Shown here: positions 1-7,984 of the stretch, in pieces
Position numbering within the stretch: position 1 is the stretch's first letter
Layout: each line of letters starts with the position of its first letter
Assembly (NCBI RefSeq): GCF_006345805.1
Contig: NW_021828693.1
Span: forward strand, 1-7,984
Reading direction: 5' to 3'
From: Octopus sinensis
Taxonomy: Eukaryota
Length of the DNA stretch: 7,984 nucleotides
The notes under the pieces: model-generated
Database searches by the model: none
Seen by the model: the letters and a program-made list of their open reading frames with translations, nothing else
What the model was told of the DNA's origin: nothing
Position numbers and translations under genes: made by a program

Positions 1-240
1 GATACACATACATGCAAACATACGTGATACATACAAACATATACTATATATATTCATATCTGACTACTCCGTTGGTGTCTAAATTCTAGTGGAAGGGTTT
101 TGTTTCTAAGCCTGAAAAAAAAAAGAAAAAAGCCCCTAAAAACACAGAACCCTCTCCCCCCTCAAGAAGACATTCATACAAACAAACATAAATACGTATT
201 AGATTGTCTGATAAATTTGTACTTTTCTTTCCGGTCGTCG

Positions 241-930
241 TTATGCCATATCGTACACCTGCAGCGCATTGATGACACTACAATGAAAACCTCAATTAAG
301 CGCGTGTTCTCTAGTTGCCTTGCCATTCTTGTCCAAACAGCTCTTGATATTACCCATCCATTGCGTTCTTTGCCTGCATCTTGATATATTACCCTTTACT
401 CTTCCTTCCATGATAATATTTTCCAAAGCACTTTTTCTTCGAATATGGCTATAATAGATGAGCCGTTGGCTTTAGAACAATGTAACACACATTCATCTGT
501 CCGATGATCATTGTAAGGAACTTGGAACATTCTCCTATACACCCACATTTCAAACTCATTGATTATTTTCTCTTCAAATTTGGTCAGAGTTCATACTTCG
601 CAACCATAAATACTTATTAGCTAAATGAACGTTCGCATTAGTCTTAATTTTAACTTGGGTCACTTTTGCTGGTCCAAATGTTATTAAGCTTTTCCATGGA
701 TGTTTTTGCCATGGCTATCCTTGTCCTAATTTCTTTCTTACATGGGATTTCATTAGAGATTTGGGTCCCACGATACTTGCACAATTCCACCTGTTCGACC
801 CTCTCACCATCCAGGTTAATGTTATCATTTACTTTCTCTTTTTCTACTACCACGACTTTCTTACGGTTGAGATAAAGACCATGCATATTTGAAACCTCAT
901 ATCGTTTCTTGTAGTCAGGCTTCAGTCTTG
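241..930 (-). mobile_element. Decayed RTE-clade non-LTR retrotransposon (LINE) fragment: end of the RT domain and C-terminal region, with frameshift and stops
   Basis: ORF 650..955(-) gives GLYLNRKKVVV...VEQVELCKYRGTQIS...KEIRTRIAMAKTSMEKLNNIW. After a frameshift near 655, manual translation gives KLKLRLMRTFI*LISIYGCEV*TLTKFEEKIINEFEMWVYRRMFQVPYNDHRTDECVL. Further on it reads QRLIYYSHIRRKSALENIIMEGRVKGNISRCRQRTQWMGNIK, ending at TAA 243-241. These match RTE motifs (KYLG, EIxxRIxxA, LYGCExWTL, FEMWxYRRML, GHIxR...EGxxxGxRxRGR). Confidence 0.9.
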
Positions 931-1104
931 GCAAGTAGAACAGTATTATTTGCATACTTTAGATTAGAAATATGCAAACCATGTATTTTGATGCCATCTT
1001 CCTACTGTACTGTTTCTCGTAGCTGTATTTTTCCTCTCCAACTTTTAATTATCGATTTTGAATTTTGAATAAATGTTTCTTCTTTTCAGACATATTACGA
1101 TGAA

Positions 1105-1337
1105 AAGAGCAATGGTATCATAACAATATTTCATTTGGTTGGCCAATTCCCGTGAGGGTTTGTACGGATTCTTATGGATGGGCTCGTTCAGTTGACCCTT
1201 ATTGGAGTGAGTAGGTTGACCGAAACGTGGAGTGTCTGTGAGATCGAATTCCTCCCCCCCCCCCACTCCGCTGTTGAAGCGTAAAAACATTTCTGTGCAG
1301 TTCTTTCGTTAATATCGCTTTCTCCGTACAGGACACA
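1105..1337 (-). mobile_element. Mariner transposase N-terminal (HTH DNA-binding) pseudogene fragment
   Basis: Minus strand reads CVLYGESDINERTAQK, then a frameshift near 1289, then FLRFNSG[VGGG]EEFDLTDTPRFGQPTHSNKGQLNEPIHKNPYKPSRELANQM...DTI. This matches the mariner pattern VYGExAxxERTxxxWFxRFxSGxFDLxDxPRSGRP...LxxLIxxDPxxTxRELA. No TIR or catalytic domain seen. Confidence 0.85.
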
Positions 1338-1447
1338 ATGTATGTATTGGGTTATCACTTGGTTGTAGAACCAACATGGTACGATGTACGTTAAAGCTGA
1401 ATTGTTTTTGAATTATAGCTACAGCCAATCTGGCTTACTGCCGAACA

Positions 1448-1544
1448 ATTTCCTTCTACTGAATTTAATTCACAGGGTTTAGCTAACTCGAGGCTATCGC
1501 AAATGAGACGCGAGGTGCTAAGCTGTGGGATCGCACCCAGGAGC
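1448..1544 (-). mobile_element. Highly diverged tRNA-SINE fragment, same family as 2443-2592 and 5528-5907
   Basis: tttccttctactgaatttaattcacagggtttagctaactcgaggctat...aggtgctaagctgtgggatcgcacccagga aligns by eye with tttccgcctaccaattccactcacaaggctttggtcggcccgagactat...aggtaccgcgcagtgggattgaatcgagga at 2448-2545. Confidence 0.65.
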
Positions 1545-1551
1545 AAGGATA

Positions 1552-2442
1552 CAGAGTGCGGTGAATATATTGCCGTCTAACTTACGCAAAAATGAAAATA
1601 ACACTGACATCTCATTTTAACAGATATATTTACCAAAATTACATAAAAATATCTAAAAATAATAAAGAGTAAATTTATTCAATAAAATCTCCATTGGCTT
1701 CAACTACAGCCTTATTACGACTTCAGAATCTCTTGTAACTCTCCTGGACGGTATCCTTGTTTAAGTTGGTGAATGCTATCATAATCCTTGTCTTCAGTTC
1801 ATCTTTAGTGTTACAAGTAGTTTTGATGGTCTCTCGCACAACTGCACCTCATACATAATAATCAAGTGGGCTGCAGTCTGGGGAGTAAGGTGGCCAGATG
1901 TTAGGGGTAATGTCGCAGAAATTGTCTGACAGCCATGATTGGGTTCTCCTGCTTGTGTGGCATGGTGCAGAGTCCTGTTGCCAGACTTAGGGTCTTCCAG
2001 CAGCCAACCTCTTGACTTAGGGCAGCCCTACCTTTCCCAGGTACTTGACGGGGGCCTCCGTGTTGATTGTGAGGCTGTGGGAAGATGAATGTTGTCATAG
2101 CATCGCCATCACTAGTAATCACTCCAAACACCATGATGTTGACTGGATGTTTGATTTTTATCACTCTCCGTAAATGTATTTTGGACACGGCAAGCTGACG
2201 GTTGTTCTGTGTGTTCACGATTTGTTCGTATGAGAGCTTCTGGCGAGAATTCCAAGTAGTACAGCATACTGTTTCTAAATTTCTGGCAGAGTGAATTGCA
2301 TCATGGCACTGTTTTTCTCACTAACGGTGCCCCCACTGACCCTACTATACTCTCTAGTTGGCAAAATAAAATAAAAAATCAACCAATGCGCAAGCGCTAA
2401 ATGAAAAATATAAAATGGCAATAATTTACCCATTGCACCCTG
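1552..2442 (-). mobile_element. Internally deleted, non-autonomous Tc1/mariner-superfamily DNA transposon, maT (DD37D)-like, with terminal inverted repeats
   Basis: Left end is TA|cagagtgcggtgaatatattgccgt (TA at 1550-1551). The reverse complement of the right end (2415-2442) is cagggtgcaatgggtaaattattgccat, an imperfect TIR pair. A transposase remnant lies inside. Confidence 0.85.
1675..2304 (-). pseudogene. Transposase pseudogene (DDD family) with internal deletion, frameshifts and stops
   Basis: Putative start MMQFTLPEI*KQYAVLLGILARSS at 2304 is joined to NTQNNRQLA...KHPVNIMVFGVITSDGDAMTTFIFP. Another frame then gives VWQQDSAPCHTSRRTQSWLSDNFCDITPNIWPPYSPDCSPLDYYV*GAVVRET...KDELKTRI...KAVVEANGDFIE* (TAA 1677-1675). 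QQDxAPxH and WPPxSPDxxPLDY are the second and third catalytic Asp motifs. Confidence 0.9.
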
Positions 2443-2592
2443 TTCAGTTTCCGCCTACCAATTCCACTCACAAGGCTTTGGTCGGCCCGAGACTATAGCA
2501 GTAGACACTTGCCAAAGGTACCGCGCAGTGGGATTGAATCGAGGACCATGTGGTTGGTAGGCAAACTTACCACAAGAGTCCCGCCTACTCCT
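2443..2592 (-). mobile_element. tRNA-derived SINE, 5' part (head plus central domain), 3'-truncated
   Basis: Its reverse complement (ggagtaggcgggactcttgtggtaag...accaaccacatggtcctcgattcaatcccactgcgcggtacctttggcaagtgtctactgctatagtctcgggccgaccaaagccttgtgagtggaattggtaggcggaaactgaa) is clearly homologous to 5528-5640(+). It carries a B-box-like gattcaatcc and a decayed A-box-like segment. Confidence 0.85.
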
Positions 2593-2919
2593 ATGTATAT
2601 TTTCAGAAATAACCAGCTGGCTTGATCATGAATAAAATATATTTTGCCCTAAGCCCCTACTAAAAGTTCCCTTCAAAACTAACACTGGTGACAATCACCA
2701 CCTCGCTACCAATACCAAGGATTACAGTTCACCGCAACACTACTTAATAGTACAATACAAATTTACGATCACACATCCCACCCTCTGCCACCGGCAATGT
2801 CGATTTGACTGACAAATTCGTACTACGAGAATAGCGGGCATTGTGAATATCCGTCACCACCTGTAATAACATCAACGCCATCAACGCTCAGAACGGACGC
2901 CAAATTAGCGATAAAAAAG

Positions 2920-3330
2920 CACACACACACCACACACACACACGTATATATATATATATACAGACATATAACTATATATATATAAATGTACACACACACA
3001 CATTGTATATATATATATATATATATAATATATATATATATTTGTGTGTGTGCGCGTGGTGTGTATTTGTTGTGTGTATATATATATTATAATATATTTG
3101 TGTGTGTGTGTGTGTGTGCGTTATGTGTGTATATATATATATGTATATACACATACACTCACACACACACACACACACACACACACAACACACACACCAC
3201 ACACCACACACACACACACACATATATATATATTATATATATATATATATACACACACACAGAGACATATATTTGTGTGTGTATGTAATGTACTAGATAC
3301 GCACAAACAAACACACACATATACGTATAT
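2920..3330. repeat. Compound microsatellite (CA)n/(TA)n/(TG)n
   Basis: Alternating CA, TA and TG dinucleotide blocks seen directly. Confidence 0.97.
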
Positions 3331-3919
3331 GAGAAATAAGAGATAAAATGCAAAACAAAACAACCCACAAAAATTACCAAAAAAAAAAAAAGGTGTTGCG
3401 ATTCTGTCACCGTCACACAATAATCAGTTGACAGGAATAACTTGTCAACGCAATCCCCGAGAGACCGGTGTATGGAAGTCTGGGGAGAAGGAGAGGAAGA
3501 AAAAAAACCATTAAAAGGAAATAGAACTGTCACACTTCTGATGAACACAACGCCCAGTGCTTCGCTTCTCTTTCCCTCTTTTCCTTTACTTCACTTATTA
3601 GTGGTTCGCATAATCTGCTCCCTTCTCACCCCGAATACATTTACTATCATTCCAACCTCCCCCCCCCCCCCTTATCCGACCCCTTAATCCCCTTCTTCCC
3701 CCTCGTCCCTTTCCCATCCTCCGATCTCACCCACCTCGATCATCCACTACATGCTTGCTTGTCCATCATTCATTCCTATCTGCATCTTTCATTCCATAAA
3801 CTACCTTCTTATCATTCCTATAGCATTTGCTTCGTTCTAACAATGGTATCGCAAAAGAGCCTTCGCTAATGGCTTCAGTCCCTCTAGAACGAACGGCTGA
3901 CTGTGTCTTAAATAGAAGT

Positions 3920-4290
3920 AGAAGCGGTGGTAGTGATGGTAGTGATGTCGATGGGGTGTTTGTAAATATGAAAGGGTGGTGGTGACGGCGGCTGGTGGTT
4001 GGTGCGGTGATAATAGTACTTAGCTGTAGTCGTAGTAATAATGGCTGAGAGTCGGGGTAATGTTGTAAAAATGCTGATTATAGCAATGGTATTGTATTTG
4101 TGGTGGTATAAGTGGTGAAGTGAAGAGCAATGATGTAGTTTTTAATAGTAATGGTGTCATTAGTGATGATAGTAAATACAAGGGTACTGGTGATGGGGAT
4201 GTGGTGGTGGTGGTGGTGGAGTTGGGTGCGGGGTGAGATTAATGATTAAAATGGCGTTCATTTCTAGATGAGTTATGATGATGGTGGGCA
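3920..4290. repeat. Degenerate G/T-rich trinucleotide low-complexity tract (GTG/GAT/GTA)
   Basis: ggtggtagtgatggtagtgatg near 3926, (gtg)6 at 4201-4218, gatgatgg near 4277. Confidence 0.75.
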
Positions 4291-4325
4291 AGTTTGAAGT
4301 AGAGTTTTCTAAATAATACGTGCTT

Positions 4326-4349
4326 TATATATATATATATCTATATATT

Positions 4350-4384
<35 letters not shown>

Positions 4385-4407
4385 ACACACACACAATCCA
4401 TACATGC

Positions 4408-4448
<41 letters not shown>

Positions 4449-4475
4449 GCACACACATTTATACACACACAATAT

Positions 4476-4520
<45 letters not shown>

Positions 4521-4557
4521 GTGTGTGTGTGTGCATATATATATATATATACATACA

Positions 4558-4597
<40 letters not shown>

Positions 4598-4631
4598 TGC
4601 ATACACACATATCTATATATGTATATATATA
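4326..4631. repeat. Compound (TA)n microsatellite with CA/TG/CATA interruptions
   Basis: Seen directly. Confidence 0.97.
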
Positions 4632-4703
4632 CTGGATGTAAATTTTGGTCGATAAATTTGTATTGTATTTACATGCACACTTAGGTTTTGCAGGGATATT
4701 GCG

Positions 4704-4731
4704 TATGTGTGTGTGTGTGTTTGTGTGTGTA

Positions 4732-4802
<71 letters not shown>
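4704..4802. repeat. (TG)n microsatellite ending in (GC)n
   Basis: Uninterrupted TG run from ~4739 to 4792, followed by gcgcgcgcg. Confidence 0.97.
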
Positions 4803-5019
4803 CTGCGTGTATGTATAACTTAATCTTGCGTATAAGCATGTATGTGGACTGATGCTTCACAGTGCGTAAATATACGTGTTTACCCCTTATGAGACGTGCA
4901 GAGAAGGAATTTTAGTGGTTATGTGTTTTAGCTAAAGTGTAAGTAGATTGTGGGAGTAGGAGGGATAAACACATAGATAATCCTGCGTCGTGGATGATTC
5001 CTTTGACGCTGTTTGTGCA

Positions 5020-5110
5020 GTGCACACACTCACGGCTGCATAAACGCACGCGCACTCACAGCTGCACACACGTACACACGCACGCACTCACACACACATG
5101 CACACGCACA
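5020..5110. repeat. Degenerate (CA)/(CACG) microsatellite
   Basis: gcacacactcac...cacacacgtacacacgcacgcactcacacacacatgcacacgcaca. Confidence 0.8.
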
Positions 5111-5171
5111 TCAATTAAAGCAGTTAAAGAGGATTTCTCAGTACAAATTATGTGGCTCGTTTCCCTTTCAT

Positions 5172-5318
5172 GCCTGCCTACCTACCTACCTACCTACCTA
5201 CCTACCTACCTACCTACCTACATTCCTACCTACCTACTTACCTACCTACATACCTACCTACCTACCTGCCTACCTACCTATATTCCTACATACATACATA
5301 CATACATTGATGCGTACA

Positions 5319-5358
<40 letters not shown>

Positions 5359-5438
5359 CACACATGCAAACATACACTCACACACATGTATGTATGTATT
5401 ATTACGTGTGCGCAGCGTGTGTATGTATACATACATGC

Positions 5439-5477
<39 letters not shown>

Positions 5478-5489
5478 CTATAATATATA

Positions 5490-5527
<38 letters not shown>
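5172..5527. repeat. Compound microsatellite (CCTA)n, then (CATA)n, then (TA)n
   Basis: Long ccta array 5177-5280, cata units to ~5306, then TA runs at 5322-5356 and 5442-5527. Confidence 0.97.
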
Positions 5528-5530
<3 letters not shown>

Positions 5531-5907
5531 AACCGCATGGTTCCGGGTTCAGTCCCACTGAGTGGCACCTTGGGTAGTGTCTTCTACTATAGCCTCGCCG
5601 ACCAAAGCCTTGTGAGTAGATTTGATAGACGGAAACTGAAAGAAGCCCGTCGTATATATGTATATATATATATATATGTGTGGTGTATGCTTGTGTGTAT
5701 TTGTGTGTCTGTTTTGTCCCCTAGCATTGCTTGACAACCGATGCTGGTGTGTTTATGTCCCCGTCACCTAGCGGTTCGGCAAAAGAGACCGATAGAATAA
5801 GTACTGGGCTTACAAAAGAATAAGTCCGGGGTCGAGTTGCTCGATTAAAGGCGGTGCTCCAGCATGGCCGCAGTCAATGACTGAAACAAGTAAAAGAGTA
5901 AAAGAGT
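5528..5907 (+). mobile_element. tRNA-derived SINE, near full length but lacking the 5' A-box head; resembles Octopus SINE families
   Basis: B-box-like ggttcagtccc at 5547-5557. The central domain is shared with 2443-2592. An internal TA/TG microsatellite lies at 5653-5708, followed by a unique 3' body and a tandem tail (AGTAAAAG)2 at 5889-5904. The family assignment is from recall. Confidence 0.85.
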
Positions 5908-5973
5908 AATATATATATATATATATATTAATATAATATATATTATATATAATATATATATATATTATATATA

Positions 5974-6041
<68 letters not shown>
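5907..6041. repeat. (TA)n microsatellite, interrupted
   Basis: Seen directly. Confidence 0.97.
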
Positions 6042-6452
6042 AAACTTACTTGGAAATATAATCGTGGCGTTCGATCATATAATATTATAATAATATATAA
6101 ATATATGCATGTATACATCCATATATGTACATACCTACATGTATAGGACATGGGTACAGGACATCAAAAAATAAACGTTGAACATAAGGAGAAACGAAAA
6201 CATAAAAGCAAAAACAGAAAACGAACTTTTTTTCGAACAACGGAAAAAACAAACAGAGAAACGAGACATGCAACATAAAGAATATCCCCCTTTATCAGTT
6301 GCCCCTGTTTTATCTACTCCGTGTTTTCGAAGGCAAGGACAATATGCGACTTCGTTGAAACAGTCCTTCCCGTAAAGCAAATTAAATAAAATTTGGGATT
6401 TTTTGCGGAGGGTGAAAATGGTAACAAGAACAGGACTGTGAGAACAAAACAA

Positions 6453-6518
6453 TAAAAACAAACGGTGAGGGCTGTTAAGCCATCGTCTTGGCTTAACAGC
6501 CCTCACCTTTTGTTTTTA
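6453..6518. repeat. Long inverted repeat (hairpin): 30-bp arms with one mismatch and a 6-nt loop
   Basis: ggtgagggctgttaagcca (6464-6482) and tggcttaacagccctcacc (6489-6507) pair perfectly over 19 bp around the loop tcgtct. After a C/T mismatch, taaaaacaaa (6453-6462) pairs with tttgttttta (6509-6518). Confidence 0.95.
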
Positions 6519-6522
6519 CTTG

Positions 6523-6646
<124 letters not shown>

Positions 6647-6794
6647 GATGTATATGCAGAATGAAATTTGGTTGCTATCTGTAGAAATTTGAGTCAACGT
6701 CACTGTGGCTTCCTCTTTGAATCATATCTCTTCGTTCTTGTATTATAGAAATCACTGAATGTAAGTCTTTATACGATGAAGGTTGAAATAATTA

Positions 6795-7330
6795 TACGAA
6801 GAACTTTTTGCGTAAAATTTTCGGTGAAAATTTTCGAAAAACTTTTGGGGAAAATTTTCGGTGAAAATTTTCGACAAACTTGTGGAAAACTTTCGAAAAA
6901 TTTTGGGGGAAAATTTTCGTAAAATTTTTGTTTAAAATTTTCCAAAAATTTTTTGGTACAATTTTCACTGGAACTCTTCGAAAACTTTTTGTGGAAAATT
7001 TTCGTAAAATTTTTGGGTAAAATTTTCGTAAAATTTTTGTTTAAAATTTTCCAAAAATTTTTTGGTACAATTTTCACTGGAACTCTTCGAAAACTTTTTG
7101 TGGAAAATTTTCGTAAAATTTTTGGGTAAAATTTCGGTGAAAATTTTTGCAAAATCTTTGGGGAAAATTTTCGGCAAAAATTTTTGGGTAAAATTTGCGG
7201 TGAAAATATTCGGTAAATTTTCGAAAAATTTTTGGGGAGAATTTTCGGCAAAAATTTTCAAAAAATTTTTGGGAAAATTTTTGGTGAAAATTTTGGAAAA
7301 ATTTTTGGGTAAAATTTTCGGTGAAAATAT
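6795..7330. repeat. Minisatellite-like array of AAAATTTT cores with short G-rich or CG spacers; includes a perfect 109-bp tandem duplication
   Basis: Units such as aaaattttcggtg, aaaattttcg and aaaatttttgggt recur every ~10-15 bp. 6910-7018 is repeated at 7019-7127 (ggtacaattttcactggaactc at 6955 and 7064). Confidence 0.95.
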
Positions 7331-7494
7331 TACAGTTATAAATCTCAACAAACCTATTCATTTCTTTAATTTCTCATACGCTTTCACACGTTAAGTTTGG
7401 CCCTGATCGGAGAGCCCTACACTAAACAGTTTTCCAGATGTGATTATCTTTTCTGTTTGTAAATGAAGGACTATATTGTTTAACAAAGCCTTCC

Positions 7495-7690
7495 CTTTTG
7501 AAGACGGTTAGGTGTTTGATTTTAAAGAAATTTTACTGCTAATTTTTATCTTGGGGTTGCCCTATAATAGGGAGGACTAGATATGACTATCACTTATTCT
7601 GATAAGACGACTACATTCTTCAGTTTATCCATTATGAAGATAGTGTAATATGATTTGTGTGATATTTGATTGCTATCTCTAGCAGGTTAA
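7495..7690. repeat. Two highly diverged copies of a short old interspersed repeat
   Basis: tgaagacggttaggtgtttgattttaaagaaattttactgctaatt (7499-7544) resembles tgaagatagtgtaatatgatttgtgtgatatttgattgctatct (7635-7678). A third remnant, gaaatttggttgctatctgtag, is at 6663-6684. Confidence 0.4.
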
Positions 7691-7984
7691 CCTGCTACAT
7701 ATAGCCTCTTTTAGTTGATGCTTTGCCCCTGATGTAGCAATGATAAAATACATTTCGACAGTGACTATCCTGTCTGCATATTGGGATCAAATTCTCCAGT
7801 TTTTATTCTTCTAGTAGAATAAACGAAGCGAAATGGTTTTGCTCTTAGACCGAAAAGTGTTTTGTGGTTGGAATAGCTTGTATGCAGTGTCCATATAAGG
7901 CATGGGCATACTGTGCAGTTGTCCAGATTCCTCACGAATCCAAGCACCAAACTTTGACCTGCATACCTTGATCTAACTTGCTTG

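Noticed and set aside
100-875. Plus-strand ORFs 100..384 and 666..875
   Set aside because: Largely antisense shadows of the RTE fragment with no recognisable protein features.
948-978. Inverted repeat tttgcata...tatgcaaa overlapping an octamer ATTTGCAT
   Set aside because: 8-bp AT-rich arms are plausible by chance, and there is no supporting promoter context.
5177-5280. (CCTA)n as an interstitial telomeric repeat
   Set aside because: The unit is TAGG, not TTAGGG or TTAGG; it is an ordinary tetranucleotide microsatellite.
5528-5575. tRNA gene
   Set aside because: Only a B-box/T-arm-like remnant of the SINE head; no cloverleaf.
2972-5737. Many ORFs rich in YI, CV, HT and PTYL repeats, including the 246-aa ORF 4994..5734
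   Set aside because: They are translations of dinucleotide and tetranucleotide microsatellites and SINE sequence that lack stops by composition; no domain signal.
6280-6365. Possible hammerhead ribozyme on the minus strand (ctgttt...caacga-ag...cttc-gaaa...aaacag, plus ctgataa downstream), as found in Penelope-like elements
   Set aside because: No intact CUGANGA core in the correct order relative to GAAA and no convincing stem III. An Infernal search with Rfam hammerhead models on the family consensus would settle it.
6795-7330. CRISPR-like array
   Set aside because: No constant repeat with unique spacers, no cas genes, and a eukaryotic context.
6769-7394. Overlapping K/F/N-rich ORFs of 95-160 aa on both strands
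   Set aside because: Open in several frames at once because the AAAATTTT array is poor in stop codons; no sign of coding constraint.
7765-7950. 61-aa minus-strand ORF at the window end
   Set aside because: No recognisable motif in the three minus-strand frames I translated; it cannot be supported as an exon without downstream context.

Overview
AT-rich, non-coding, repeat-dense eukaryotic DNA with no intact protein-coding gene. The tRNA-derived SINE family and the very high (CA)/(TA) microsatellite load resemble a coleoid cephalopod (Octopus-like) genome; this is recognition from memory, not a database result. The window contains a decayed RTE-clade LINE 3' fragment (~241-930, -), a mariner HTH fragment (~1105-1337, -) and an internally deleted maT/DD37D-like Tc1/mariner element with both TIRs (1552-2442). 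It also holds three copies of one tRNA-SINE family, many compound microsatellites, and an A4T4-based minisatellite (6795-7330) with a perfect 109-bp tandem duplication. The least explained feature is a ~460-bp module (6057-6515) bracketed by an 11-bp direct repeat and ending in a 30-bp-arm hairpin. Almost all ORFs in the supplied track are artefacts of low-complexity sequence. I see no strong evidence of a new gene system; the best candidates are structural or transposon-related.
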